Made by a program: the position numbers and the translations under genes. Positions 25,741 through 40,630 of a stretch of DNA of 64,000 nucleotides are shown here, in pieces (position 1 is the stretch's first letter; each line of letters begins with the position of its first letter). Location: positions 62,001-126,000 of the forward strand of contig NOWV01000143.1 in the NCBI GenBank assembly GCA_003344405.1. The letters run 5' to 3'. Origin of the DNA: Trichoplax sp. H2. Its lineage: Eukaryota. The notes under the pieces are model-generated. The model saw only the letters and a program-made list of their open reading frames with translations, did no database searches and was not told the origin of the DNA.

Positions 25741-28700
25741 TCATTCATCCACGTCCATTAGCATTAGCTCCTCATTATCATCATCTTCAGTCAATGATGT
25801 CCGTTGTTTAAGCTCTCCTAACGTTAATATATATTCTAACGTGGATCTATTACTATTGCACCTATATAAAAAATATAAGCAGCTTAATTACCTAAAAAAT
25901 GTCAGAACGGTGCTTACGTAAATTCATGTACGTAGAAGTATCACATCTTACAATTTTGATAGATCATTTTTCTTGTCCTTAATACTCTTTTGTAGTGAAA
26001 TCAAAATTGGCATAATATCTCCCGATTTCTGTTTCAGAGCAGTACCGTGATGCATTAACAATCGATTAGACCAGATGAGATAGAATTCTAGGTGACGTGA
26101 TGTTTCTAACTCGAACGCAACAAATTGAAGAATTTTTTCTACGTAGACCAATGGTAAGTACTGGCAAACCAAATCAACTAAGTAGGCAAATAATACAGTA
26201 TTTTTGCTTGTAACACTTTCCATCATAATCATACGATCTTATCAGACGTTATAACAGTACTTACTGCTGTCAGGCTTGATATTTTCAATAATTTCACGAA
26301 TGATAGCAACTTCATTTAATCTGAAAGCTAACATTACCGAAGCAAGATAATTGCCATCTTGCAAATTCTGTCGAATAGTTTCAGGGGTAACATCGATACT
26401 TAAATCATACGGGTCAAAGGTTAATGACGAATCCAGTGAATAAATCATCAGACCTTCGGTTGTTGCAGCAGCAAATGAATGGCCTAAATATAAATATAAA
26501 TTATGAGCATATTACGCATAAAAGGCAGATTTAGCTATTAAAAAATAGTCGTAGCGTCATACCAGATGGGCTAAACTGTAAACTTTTCACTCGTATTTCA
26601 GGTCTTACTTTTCTGGAACTCATATCACCTATATAAATCAAATTGCACCGAAATAGTACTTACATACTACTGATTACATGATAAAACATTATCAAGTATT
26701 AATACAACCTTTAGTGACACCAGGTAATGTAATGTCTTCCTTATCACTATCATCACTTAAATCTAGCTGATCTAATGGTCCTGCCTCTGTCATCAAACGG
26801 CTATTCAAAAATTCCTACAGTATACAAAGTAAGATTTTATTCCTCTTTCACATCTTCAACAACATTGTCATAGACGTGTTGATACAAATGACAAATAACC
26901 TGAATACCATCCAAAGATAGATTACGTGATACTTCGAAAGCTTTCAACAAAACCTAACAGATGGCCAGTTATGAACAAAATTTTGAAATTTTTCGTTGTA
27001 CTATATATACAAAATGTGTAGAAATCGGAGAATTTATGCGTACCTGTTGGTTAATATTATAAATACAAATACGCTTCGATCTACCACCTGCTAGGACATA
27101 TTCACCATCCGCAGAATAGCAAAGACAATTAAAGCATCTACATGCGTATATTTTCAAATAATAAATCATCGTTAAATCGTTGTTTTAAAATAGTATTCAA
27201 CTTTTATATTACTACTCAAATAATTGTCAAACTAACTTTCCTTCCGCTGACTTCTTAGCTGTTATAATATCCTGTGAACTTCTACCTCCACCTAAGTCCG
27301 CTTTGGCATCGATTGATCGGGTTTGCATTGCATCTATACTATTCCAAAATGATAATTCGCCATTATATGTCGCCACTGCTAATTCTTTACCACTGGGGCT
27401 GAAGATTGTAAAAGTTGCTAAAATAATAAATTATTGAAACATAGAATTTAGAAAAGAATATCACACGCTATCCCTATTAACATTATTATTATTACCGATC
27501 GAATTGAACTGTAAACATTCCACAGCAGTATTTTTCTCGTATATTTTCCATAATCGAACGGTCATATCCCAAGAAGAAGAGGCTAGTAATGTGACATCTT
27601 TACTAAATGTTAAGGACGAAACTGGGCCTTCGTGACCTTTTAAAATCTATTTCAAGGCAAAGCAATGCGAAATTTTTTTTACTTCAATAAATTTATCTTT
27701 TTATAAGAAGCAAAAGCTGATATTTGTGGTCACAATAATCATCTAAACAGCTGTTGCAATGAGCAAATCATACCTCCAATAGTTTACCAGTCTGCATTGA
27801 CCATACGTAAATATCAAAATGATTATGCGAGCCAGCAGCTATAATTTCATCACCATCTAAGCCAAGACATGAAAATTGAGTTGGAAATGGCGAAACAAAT
27901 GTTCTAAAGTTTCGGTAGCTGTACCATCAAAAAGGTTGTCAATTTTCAGTCTATCAAACAAATATTGCCGTGATGTAGTTTCCAACAGTTAATAAAAGTA
28001 TTGTCTTACCGTATCAAGTCGAATGCTCGTACCGTTCCATCTAAAGAAGCTGAAACAACTACTTGACCATTGGACTTGAATGCAAGTCCAGTTATGCTTG
28101 AATTATGTTCGCTAAAGGTAACAAAGCAGAATCCAGAAGATGTATTCCATAATTTGACCTGAAAATCATATGCAGATATTTCATATGGCAAGTCTATAAG
28201 GTATGCAGATAAAAATAAATATACATAACCATGATTTACCTTGCCATCATCTCCTCCTGTAGCAATTATCTGTCCATCCGGAGAATAAGATAATACATTC
28301 ATATCATAGTAATGGCCTTGTTGCTTTAAAATATATGTCTGACTTTGCCATTCCCATACTAATAGCTGTCCCATTCCAGCACAACCAAACCCCAACCATT
28401 CTCCAGTTTCATTAATAGCAACAGTAGTAATTTTCTGTTGAGATATGCTGTCAATTGGATGTAAAATTTATAACTTTACTGTATAATTTATTAATACTAG
28501 AACTTTTAATGATAATATAATAGCACCGTAAGAGTTACCTCAAGGAGTGAATAAGATTGAAGTCAGGGACTTCATAGAGAGTAAATACTCCGGTATTAAA
28601 GCCAACGATTAGCATATTGTCTCTCTTATGTAAAGTAGCACATGTTACTTCGGCACGATCTTGATTGAAGTAATGCCTATGTTGGATTATGATATGACAC

Positions 28701-30552
28701 ATAGTAATTTCATTACTGTTAAGATCAAACGTATAAGTATTCCGTTTACGCGTATATATAGCAAAATACTTCCGAAGGTAATGCATAAATAACGAACTTT
28801 GCATTTTTTGTCCATTTATATAAGCCTCTTTTAGGTTTCTTTTTCCTACTGTCTGTATCTTCTGAATTAGGGGGTGCACCATCTGCAATATCACTTGCAG
28901 CCATTATAACTGAATGCCAAATGAATAAGGCACCGTCTTTGCTCACAGTATAGATCTACAATACGGTGGTATCATTAGAAAATTATTACCCATAAGGTTT
29001 ATTATAAGTTAAAAATTAAAATTTATAAATGAATATTAAAAAGCGTACATTTAAGCTTTTCTCAGTGAAACAGCTCAATACTATCGCACTTTTATGCCCC
29101 GGTAGCGTCACTGGTGCAAAATCTTCCATTGGATTAGTTGAATATACGCGCGAAGTCATATCTTCCGATCCAATAACGAAAAATCTATATAAGGCATTAA
29201 GTGTTTAAAAATGAATTATTTTTCAAATGCACAAGCTTCATTAAATCAACTTGTCGAGAGAACCCCATGGTACATACAAATAATATTAATAATTATTATA
29301 ATTTAGGTCTTCTACTCTAATAAATTAAAAATCAATTATAATTCTTATTAGTTGGAAACCTTGAATCCCAGCTCCAGTCGATGCACAGAGTGTTATCGTA
29401 ATGTCCTGTATAAGTTCGATGGCGAATTAATGGCTGAAATTTTTTCTCATCGTGTGCTGGAGCTAACCAAACTTCTACATGTTTTTGATGTGTTACAGCA
29501 ATATATCTAGCAATTATTAATGCAATCAAGCGGTTAAATATAAGTACTTTCAATGCAGCAGATACATCGAAATTACAGTATACAAGAAGACTAACTTCCC
29601 ATCTGGACTGAATTTGATATCGTAGACTTTAGATTTAAAGTTGAATCTGTGAAATACAGTCTTGGTTTGCATATTAGCCAGTAGGGCCTTTCCATCTATT
29701 TTTGACAATTATACAAACAACATGAGCTCAAGATATTTACCGTATACAAGAACACACCTCGATCATCGTCATTCATAGTTACTCTGATTACAATTTATCA
29801 AGATTAATATAAACAACAATTGAACATCCAAGAATTAACACAGACTCAAATGAATCGACTTATTCGATAAGTAATAACTACCTTGATCCACCGTTATTAT
29901 TAGTAAACCGTTTGGAGATAAAGCAATTCTTGAAATATTTTTGACATTTTCGAATGGCAAAGTCTGCGATTTATGACTGCAAAACGAAATAAAACATTGA
30001 TAGAATGTGTTCTAACGTACGTATAATCCTCCTTGTACAATAAAAACGTAACAACGAGGATCATTCCATTCAGGTGATGTCAATGCAGACTTACTTCTTA
30101 AGATCAAAAATGGTAATCCTATTTCCAACTGGACTCAACAGGCATTCGTTAGGCGTGAAAAGGATATTGCCACGCTTATAAACAGTTCCGCAAAGGTTGG
30201 AAAACTAACCATGAATAAGAAGAAGATATTAGTTGCAAGCCTAGTAGATAGAGGTACAGTACACGCATCATGGACGTTGATGGTTAAATCTTGTCAATCG
30301 ATCTAACCTGTACTCTAATTGTATGCTGCAGCTCAATTCTATCATTACCTATTCTTTTATAATCGAAAACTAATTGCTATCACCAATACTAGATATTGCA
30401 ATACTTTTGCTAGACAGCAGTCAATAATATCATGGATGTACAGCAAAATTGCCAATCCAATCATTGCCTCCATTACTGCAACGTGTATTTCGTTGATATA
30501 AGTGTACATTTCAGATACTCTACAATCAAATTACCTTATAAGAAAACTTCAT
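25741..30552 (-). CDS. PWP2: Periodic tryptophan protein 2 (UTP1), WD40 SSU processome component, multi-exon
   Basis: An 18-nt first exon MKFSYK (30552-30535) is followed by FSNLCGTVYKRGN, GQLLVWEWQSQTYILKQQGH, YSPDGQIIATGGDDGKVK, SASLDGTVRAFDL, FDPYDLSIDVTP and SRHLEFYLIW. Stop at 25741-25743. Confidence 0.97.
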
Positions 30553-31280
30553 CTTGAAAATTGATCATGGATATTAGCAATCTGACATTCAAAGAGAGCC
30601 TGGCAATGGTATAATATACTGCAAATTAAGAGAATCGGCCTTTCAATATAGTTTAATTTCATAATATGGAGAGTTAGCACGCATGCTACTCTGCGATGCA
30701 GCCTCTAGCTGAGCTTTGCAGAATGCTCAGCTTCCAAGGCTACAGTACATAGTAGCGAGATGAACTGCTTAGCCTAGAAAGAATGAGCCGAATATGTCAT
30801 TTATATGAATCGAGTAGCCATGTTTACGATATATCCCTATAACAGTACATTATACATCATGTTTACGACATAGGATAGCAAAACGACCACTTTCCTGTAA
30901 CTGAAAAATACCAAGTTATACAATTTCTATTATTTCTACGATAAGTATCATACAGTACCCTGAAAGTACTTGATTGTACAGAAGTAAAAATAATGTCGCC
31001 CAATGTACTGTAAGAAGCACTGAACGAATATGCTAGTGACATTCCTTTAGCGAGCGCGAATGGTGTCACATTTCGCATTGTATACTGTATTCCACGTATT
31101 GCTAATGAATGTGACTAAATACTGGGTTGTAATACGAATCGCTAGCATAAGTAATGTCACTATATCTTGCTCAAAGTACCTCCTACAGTACAAATTGAAT
31201 CCCACCGGTGACATCATTTTTGTTCAAGACCGTACGGTACTATACCATCGTCAACGCAAGCGTAGAAGCCAACCAAGGAT

Positions 31281-31294
31281 GTATCCATGGAAAC
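31281..31294. promoter_or_regulatory. RFX X-box upstream of DNAL1
   Basis: GTATCCATGGAAAC is an exact match to GTHNYY-AT-RRNAAC, about 270 bp before the ATG of a ciliary gene. Confidence 0.75.
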
Positions 31295-31565
31295 GTGATA
31301 CCAATAAAACGATCAATTATTCTGGTTTACATACGATTTTAATGCAGTAGATCGAGTTTGATACAAGTTTGCAGACTGCAGGAGTCAATTTTAATACATA
31401 CAGTACGTTATCATCACAATATTGCTGATTTCCAAGTGCTGTTTAGCATCAAGCTTATTTGAGCATTACTGCCCATATTACTGTTCAATCTTTCAGCGGA
31501 CAAGTTGCATTTTTAACTTGCTTATTCTAGGACACCTTCGTATAGTAGTTAATTAATATTATAAC

Positions 31566-32485
31566 ATGTCGAAAGGAATTAACGTTCGAGATGCATTATC
31601 AAGATGGGAAGAGCGAACTGGTAAGAAAGCTGCGGACGAAAAAAAGATCAAAATATGCGGGATGTTACCTTTGATAGAAAAAATGGATGCTTCCTTATCC
31701 ATGTTGGTCAATTGTGAACAATTATCCCTCTCTTCTAATTCTATTGAAAAAATTGCTAATTTGAATGGATTAAAGAATTTAAAGGTTCTATCTTTGGGTC
31801 GTAATAATATCAAGAGCTTGAATGGAGTGGTAAGATGATTAGTATCAAGTTGTTGAATAGTATACTTAATCAGTCTACAGTTACACATTAATGTAGCATA
31901 ACCTTTTTATGCATTTAATGATGAGCGATCGTGCAGTGGAAAAATCATTACTGTAGATACCCAAATACTTATTTTAAAATACACCGCATTAATACAGAAC
32001 AATGTGCTATCGATACTTCTAAACTACTAAAAATGTATCATATTCTAAAAAACGTATACCAAACACGTCAGACTAGCTTCACCTGTTTATCATTAGATAC
32101 TTTACTCTGATTAAAATTTTCTTCAGCAATTGGCATAATTTTGATTTTATATTATATTATATAGGAAGTATTAGGCGATACTTTGGAGCAACTCTGGATT
32201 TCTTATAACAACATTGAAAAGTTGAAAGGTGTCGATCATCTTAAAAAGTTGAAAGTTTTATACATGTCCAATAATAGGGTTAAAGATTGGGCCGAATTTC
32301 AAAAATTAGCTGAGGTAGCGCAGTTGGAAGACCTACTACTTGTTAACAATCCAATAGAAGAAAAGCACTCCAATGATGGAGACTGGAGAGATCAAGTTAG
32401 CAGGCGCTTACCAAAGCTTAAAAAACTAGACGGTGTCCCAATAGTTAAGCAAGAAGAAGACGATGAAGAAAATGCTGAAGATTAA
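31566..32485 (+). CDS. DNAL1: Axonemal outer-arm dynein light chain 1 (LRR); exons 31566-31829, 32165-32485
   Basis: [47 protein letters not shown] / [16 protein letters not shown]...[11 protein letters not shown]...LPKLKKLDG. Confidence 0.97.
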
Positions 32486-33041
32486 TGACTAAAGAAACTA
32501 TTATTTTTTTTTGTACAGTTGCACTAATTAACTTTTGCTTGCTAAGATATTTCAATAGTTATCAATATCTAAAAATTCAAGAGTCTTTATTACTCTGTCG
32601 ATAAAGGTGCCTTTACAAATAGTGCATAAACTTGTAGAATCCCGGTTATTCAAATTGAAATATAAAAATCAAATCATAACGATTGTCGATGATACTTTTA
32701 CAAATTGCGGTTTGATTTTAAGTCTTAATTACTAAATTAAAATACGTTTATAATGCGATAGTGCTGTTATATCAGCCTTAGTTACCATTTTTAATTACGA
32801 TTAGCAAGTAAATTTCGTAAAATTATAGTAACAAGCAATGACAGTCATTATTTATCATATGAAAACATGTAAATTGCATATGCAGTTTTCTGTATAGTCT
32901 AAATAAAAATGTATCACAGACTCATGAATAAAATTACATACTGTACGCGCTACATATTGATGGTGCTTTTATTATTTGCAAAGCTATTCCGAAATTCATT
33001 TGCTATAATGGCATTTGAAACGATCTATTACAGCTGTAACA

Positions 33042-36000
33042 TTACTTGCTTTGAGAGTATAATGAGCTTAACATTTTCATAATATCACCATGACTAGAAT
33101 TGGGATGTTTGGATCTCACAGCTGCAAAGTTTTCTTTCACAAACAAGGCGAAATTATTCGGTTTACCAGATTTCGACTTATTTGAACCGACGTTTCGAAC
33201 CATTTCTAAATGGCTTCAAGACAGTAGGAATAATTACATGAATTCATTCAAATCCTTAGATATAAATATTGTGAAGCAGAATTCCTTCAATTTGTGCGAC
33301 ATTGCAGCTATAACTTACCTAAGGCAATATGGGCAGGCATGGCTGGTTACGTTTATAGACTTTGAATGTCGATCGATTCTATATACATTAAAAAGATATA
33401 AACTAAATACTACTGTAAATGCTTATGCAACTTAAATTCGTATACACTAATTGCATCTTAGGCTTACTTATAGCTACATTCTAAATTTGTACATCTATAA
33501 GTATATTTCGCATGGATGTTGTAGCTGTGGCAGCGGCTGATTAAAGGAATATTAGGATAGATTTTATTTGCTTTATAGGCCCTACACAAATTTATAAAAA
33601 TTCTCCACATTATAAATAGATTTGTGTAATTGTTACGAAACTACGCTTAGATATATATACTCATTACTGACAATCTGCATTTAAATAGGTTTATTGGAAG
33701 TAATTGAATTATCAAATAAGTGTACTATGCTAATTCATTTCTACGAGTACACGAAATAACAGGTCTATAAATGGACTACACCAGCAATAGATAAAATATC
33801 TCTATGATTAAAATAAACACAAAGCAGCTAAACGTCTCTCTATCACTCAATTTGAAATCAAGCAAATTACTACTGTGCCGTACCAATACTTCCAGATTTT
33901 TCCATGCCCGTCTTTGCAACCGTTTACTACCCAAGTCGCAGCATGGCATAATTCATGAATTAGAGTATCACGAATTCGCTCTATAATAGCAAAGAATCAA
34001 ATGTGAAATTACCATTATACAAGATTATAAAATTAGAAAACCGTTACCAGTGGAATCGCAAACTTTCTCCGATAACTCTATCCTTGCGATTCTTGCATTT
34101 TCTCGACGCGTATAAATACAAAATCCGGCAGTTTTTGTCATTTTTTTATTCCACGTAATTTGAAAATCACTAGGTAACTGCAGAATAGAATAGAAACAAA
34201 AAATTTTACGTGACGGTAAAATTTCTAAAGGTTATTGTGATCCCTGAATGTGAGAACTAGCTGGCCGATGAACAGCTACGCGAGTCTACGCGTATTCCGA
34301 AAATGCAGTACTTTCATTACGAGTACGACAGCGTAGAAATTTTAAAATTTCTAGGTTAATACCTTGCTATCGAAGACGCGTCGATTATATTCTTCAAATA
34401 GCCCTTGTACAAGTATATCTCGATTACTTTTCAATTTTCGGACAGACCATGGGGTGTTTCTTTTTGCTGGTGTATCGATACTACATAAAACTGCACTAAG
34501 GGGATCAAAGTTGTACAAATCTTGTTCTTGGTTCGAATTCAAATTTTTTCGCTCTACTACAAGTTGACCTAGTAAGACGATGACATACGAGCGTTACCGT
34601 TTAGGAACAGATCGTTCACTGATTAATAGTGAAGATAAGTAGGACTTACCTGCTTTTTTAGAAGTAGAATTCCAAGGTTTATTTGAAGGAGTGAAACGCA
34701 CCACTGGTGTTGATGATAAGTGATCATCAACCTGCTTGGCATCTGATACAGTGCTAGAATCATTCTTGCTGTTGCAATCATCTACCACAAAATTACTTTC
34801 CTTTCGTAAGTCGTCATTACAAGATTGGACAAATGATTGTCTTTCATCGCTGTCAAGTGATCCGTCAGTGTTATCGCTAACAATAAAATCATTTAGGCTA
34901 CGAATGAAAAAGTTCAGAATTAGCTTATCGTAATTCCCTAGCGAAAGAGGCTACTAAATAGGTCTGATTCCGCCAAGTATTTCAAAAGTTAGTGAATAGC
35001 CCTTATTGATTATTTCGATATAATATATAGCAATAGCTATGATCCATTTTATATTTCACGTCAATACTCGCTAGGTATTTTAATTTATCTTAACCTATCT
35101 GAACTTTTATCGCTTAGCGATTTTCCCATCGTCGGGTTCCTGTGCTTACGTAAAACTAGAATTAAAATATTTTATTAGGTATAGATACATATAATGTTAT
35201 TTCAGGACAGCTATAAATACTTAATTAAGCTTAGTTAAAATGATTTGCTTCGAGTCTCATGCATTACATAATTCAAATTGGTCATCTTCGTCACTACTGT
35301 TACAGTCGCGTCTGCTAAAACGCTCGCAATGGATTTCATTTACTTCGTCAACCCTTGTAAATATATTAGAGTTTGACCATTAATCACTCGTAAGTACGAA
35401 TTATAGCTGCAGCATTACAGAGTTATATTTTCAAATGAATCAAATATTATAATAATCTACAAGGTAAGTATTTAGAGAAGTATGAAAGTTTATCATACCT
35501 GGAAGATTGATCGCTAAGATTTTCTAATAATGAAAACACGTTAGTATACGCATTTCTTTCAGATGATAAATAAAGTATTAGAGAAAAAAATTTTTTTATT
35601 CATACCAGAAGGCCTTGATTCATCAATAAAAGATCTATCTTCTCCACTACAAATGAAAAGGTTGTAAATTTTTAATGATTAGTTCATTAATACATTGCTA
35701 AGAACTTGCAAAACAATTTGGAGTACATTTAACAATAACGCAGGCTAGACTGTACCTATTCAAATTGGATTTATCCGTTGTATGATTCCTATTCCTGCTT
35801 ACATCTGCAAATTGAAATACACTTTTAGGGGTTATTTAAAACACAGAAATAAAACTGCCTATCTAAGCCTTAGTCAATATAGTTTGATGTTCATTAACAT
35901 GAGTTATCTTACCATCACCAGAATTACTACTTTCATCTTTTAGCATAGAAGCTTTGTCTTGATCATAAGCAGTTTTATTACTTTCAGTGCTATTCGAAAT

Positions 36001-39000
36001 ATAGAATTAACCCATAAATTTTGTAGTAGCTATAATATTACCCACGAATTTGAATCATTTCTAGTATAAACTGTTATTATTATTTCTATCAACGACAGTA
36101 TTGTATAAAACAATCAATGTTATATCTAATTAAGTCCTTAATACCTAGAAATCTCATATACTGAGGCACCTAGTAGAAAGTTTATAAATATTAGCATAGA
36201 GTAATAGCACATATTAGTATAACCATAAGAAATTCTTACGTGAGTTGCTAGCTTTTGAGTTAGAATTTAGCAAGTTATGCGAATTGTCGCCTTGATTATA
36301 GCAGATTGAACTGTAGCCATCACTTAAATTAATGCTTGATTCGTAGTCTAGCCTATACAGAGAAATCGAAGCTCTAAGTGTCAATATAGAATATAATCCA
36401 TTAAATTTCAGATGTTGCGAAGAACGCTAAGATTTAAAAATATAAGTTCATTCACTTTTATAGTTTTGCCATTACGGTAAATAGTAATAGCGGAAAATAC
36501 CTAAATTGAAGCTGTTTTCTCTTCATGATAGCACTAGTTAAAGCGTAGTTGGATGTTGATTCCATAGCTATGATCATAACATTGTCATGATAGTATTTGA
36601 AGATGGTAACGTCAAGATTTGGCATAAAGTATATTCTCGTATTCGATTTCATACCATTAAAATATTATACATACAATCATCTAAGTCTTGTTCATCATCG
36701 GCTTCTTCAGGATATTGATAATCTTTAGTATGGATATTTAGTCGTTCGTTAAATGAGCTGCGCCATGCAATATGATCAAAGACGTTAATTAATTAACCAG
36801 CAATAGTGTCAAGGTGCAAATGCTGATATTACGTTTTTTATACACCAATTCCGCTTAGATTAATTTTAATTGCAATAGCTTATTATTAAAGCAGTTTACT
36901 ATATTATTCAGCTTATATCGACCTTGCACATACTCAGAAGATGCGAATTGGTATTCAGATATCACAGAATGAATTGAGTCTGTATTCATAATTTTACCGT
37001 GCTTCAACAAATAGTGGATGCATGTTTCAGCAAAAGGGCAATTTGTGAAATTATTGACTAATAATATCTCGATTAGAAATACAATACATATTAAGCGGAC
37101 ACTGAAGACAGCTTTGTTATACTTCTCACTAATTTACTATGCAAAAGCTTATTCCGAATTTTTCAGGCAGATCTCAACTTAATAATAATTATAATTAGTG
37201 CAAATCAGAATCGGCTTACAAATATCATGACAAATTAAAATACTGCAACGATAAAGCTTAGCGCGAGGGTAACTGGAAGATAAATACTGATAGTCAAAGT
37301 ATATTAGTTCTGACAAGTACAGTACCTACTTCAACAACGGTTAAGTATAGATTCCGATTTAGTAAGCTACGAATTAACTAACTTACTTTTCTTTATTATT
37401 CTCAAAAGGTATGCTACGTAGCGAACTCTCTTGATTGCTGGTATTACCTAGGCTTCTAATATCATCTAATAAAAATAGTATAATCTTACAGTGACGAAAA
37501 TGACAAATTGAAATTGTGATTATTCATGATTATCGTATCGATCAAATACATTCTTCTATACTCTTACTACCATTTTCTAACTTTCTAGTATTTTCGTCTT
37601 CTACAACAGGATTAGATTTTTCGTAATCGTAGCTACAGTTATTTGAATTGTTTGATTTGGTTAACTTATTGCCTCTTAAAGCATCCTCGCTGTTTAATCC
37701 AGATTGATCGACGGCAGTAGCGTCAAAGAAAGTAGAATTTGCGGCAGATTCCACTAAGCTTTCCTTTACCGACGTGTTCTCTTTCATTATATCTTTGTTA
37801 TGGTGAGTAATTTTCTTTTCAACCTATCGATTTCAGTATAGGATTACTGTATTATAATGATTGTACGTACAGATAAACTTTATAGAAGTCTTGCCATGTA
37901 TAAGAGAAATTTTATAGTTGGCTAGTGATGTAAATAATTCACAGTATACATTTGTTACTATTCAATATACCTTTCACTTTTACTAAGAATATGTACTATC
38001 ATAATATCTAGTCAATCTAACACACGTATAGGATGAGAAGATAACGAACGTTAAAATAGTTTAAGTGATCACGACTAGGAGATTAAGAGAAGTTGCCAAT
38101 TAGCTGCATGGCTTAAAAGTAAACTCCACAGCACCGATATATGATATATTTTATCAACTCTACTTCTATGCATTATAATATTACAGTCATTACAATTACG
38201 AAATTCTATCACATTATTTTGCATATTTAAAGATAGCTGTGAGTGCATGCAACAAAATATCATTATTATAGTCAGAGTTGACATTTCAATAATGTGTTAT
38301 GCAATTTTGGCAATTGGTCATCAACACTGCTTTCGTCTAATGTACGATACAACTGCAGTTATTATAATCCATCCTATCACATTGCTTTCTATGTGCTTAG
38401 ATAATGACACCTTATATTCAAATATTATTATGCAATACTTTACAAATTAGGCATTTTATCAACATTACTTAATCAGTATCACTACTAAAATATATCCTCC
38501 CATTACAAGTAATCCTATCGTATTATTTTACATGTTTTAAAATAGCACATGTATGCACATTAAGATAGCGATGAATCCATGTTAAGATATTATCATTTAA
38601 TATAGTATTTTGCAATCCAGGTATTTATGGTAAGCATGGCTTAGGTATGATGTAGTGATGCAATACTTTTATAATAATGTTACGAGAGAGGCTTTAAATT
38701 ACTAGTAACCCCTATCGCATTTCTATACATGTTCACGTTAAGATAGCGATGAGTCCAAGTTAAAATACCATCGTTCCAATAATATCATTTGCAATTCAGG
38801 TATTTTATGGTCAACATGGCTTAAATATGATGTAGCGCTTTTATAATAATGTTACTAGAGAGAGATTTTAAATTACTAGTAATCCCTATCATATTTTTAA
38901 GTATGCTTAAGTTAAGATAGGGATGAGTCCTTCTTTAATATCATCATTTGATACTGTATTTTGCAATTCAGGTACTTTATAGTCAACATAGCTTAGGCAT

Positions 39001-40252
39001 GGTGTAGTGTTTAACAATAATATCACTACAGAGGTTTTAAATTACTAGTAAATCCCTACCATATTATTATGCCTGTTCACGTTAGATAGCAATGAGTCCA
39101 TGTTAAAATATCATCCTTTAATAATACTGTATTTTGTAATTCAAGCATTTCATCGTAAATATAGCTTCGGTATGATGCAGTGCTTTCAATGCACAATGCT
39201 ATAAGAAGTCTTGGGTCACTACAAGTAATGCCTATTACATTATTATACATAGATATGTCAAGATAGAGACAAGTCTATGTTAAACTATGGTTAAACAGTC
39301 AATTTAATACTGTACAGTATTTTACATTTCAAGCATTTTATCGTCCATGGAAACTTCAGCACGATAGGGTGCTTTCAATACACAATGCTACAAGAGGCTT
39401 TGAGTCACTACAAATAAACCCTATCGGATTATTATGCATCTTTACGTCAAGATAGCAACAAGTCTAGATTAAAATATCGTGACACAGTATAACATTGTGC
39501 CTTGCAATAACATCAACAATGCTTGCTTGCGTTGGCTGCGTACAAGTATCATTATTTGGTGTGCATTAAAATGGCGACAAGTACAGGAACAAAAATGTCA
39601 TCATAGGATAATGTATTTTCTAATTGAAGCATTAGGCCATCAATATTGCTTTACTTGTAAATGTATGATGCTATTACAGCCAATGTAAGTCATAGCATGT
39701 GTTAAGAGAGCGACAGGTCTATGCTAAAGTATCAGTGCATCGTAACCAACCACGCATCGCTAAGTGTATAGTCATTTTTACATTTGCAATTCAAACATTT
39801 CTATCAACTCCTCTTGTTATACGATACTACAATCATTACAGCAACTGATTTTAGTCTATAATCTAGAAAAACTTGGCTTCGTCATCCTTCAAGCAAATAT
39901 ACTCATACACTGACACGTTCTCGAGAAAGCAGTATTTTACAGTCGCAATGAAAGATAAACAACATTATGGAAAGATCATTTTCTACCATATCTTATTAGA
40001 CTAAAGGTTACCTACCTGAGCAATAGCCTCATTGATATCATGGCAATGTTGCAAGCCTATTTGGGCAATGAGATTATAAAACTTTTGTGCAATACGCTCC
40101 TTCTCGTCTGTGCTTATGATGCTTGCCATTGGATCTATAGTTTATACACTGATTTGGCAGGTTGCTAAGAATTTCGCTCTTGATGATGTCACCAGAAGAA
40201 CTGAAGATGTCTTCTAATCCACTTGATTTTTTAAACACAGTTGAATGCCTGT
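33042..40252 (-). CDS. GCNA: GCNA/ACRC-like protein: long acidic Ser-rich disordered N-terminus, SprT metalloprotease, C2C2 zinc module and HMG-like tail (5' end uncertain)
   Basis: The 3' exons read FQITWNKKMTKTAGFC, IELSEKVCDS, RIRDTLIHELCHAATW...GHGKIWKYW (HExxH), ISRCHSYNIHAKYTYRC...C, RHSKS...CPYC and NNFALFVKENFAAVRSKHP...HGDIMKMLS. Many short S/D/E/N-rich exons extend to 37823, and plausible exons lie near 40016-40055 and 40150-40252. I could not identify the start codon. Confidence 0.85.
38150..39800. repeat. Degenerate tandem repeat, ~170-190-bp unit, about 8-9 copies, probably inside a GCNA intron
   Basis: AAGATAGCGATGAGTCCATGTTAAAATATC...TTTGCAATTCAGGTATTT variants recur near 38229, 38562, 38740, 38914, 39084, 39260, 39449 and 39704. 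Confidence 0.85.
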
Positions 40253-40630
40253 ACATCAACGATTAGCCTAGAGTGTGTTTACTAGACTTTAGGCTACCAT
40301 TCAGCCCTTCGTATTTATACAACGATATACTCTTTTACTAGTTTAAACCTTTACTTTCAAGTAATCACAAGTCGATATTTCTCTCATCCTAGCTCAAAAG
40401 ACTGCCAATCGACAGCATCAACGGGTAAACACTCTACCACCAATTTTATACGGACAATAACTGCAAAAAAAATACTTGACAGAATGCCAATCTATCCTTG
40501 TTCTAGCATAAGATTGGTAGGGAAGTCTCAAAGACAGGTAATGGCACCACTCTTGGACTGTATCATGAGCTGACTGGCAATTTTTACAGCATTTATTTAC
40601 TCCTTGTAAATCAAAACTACGCTAGAATTA

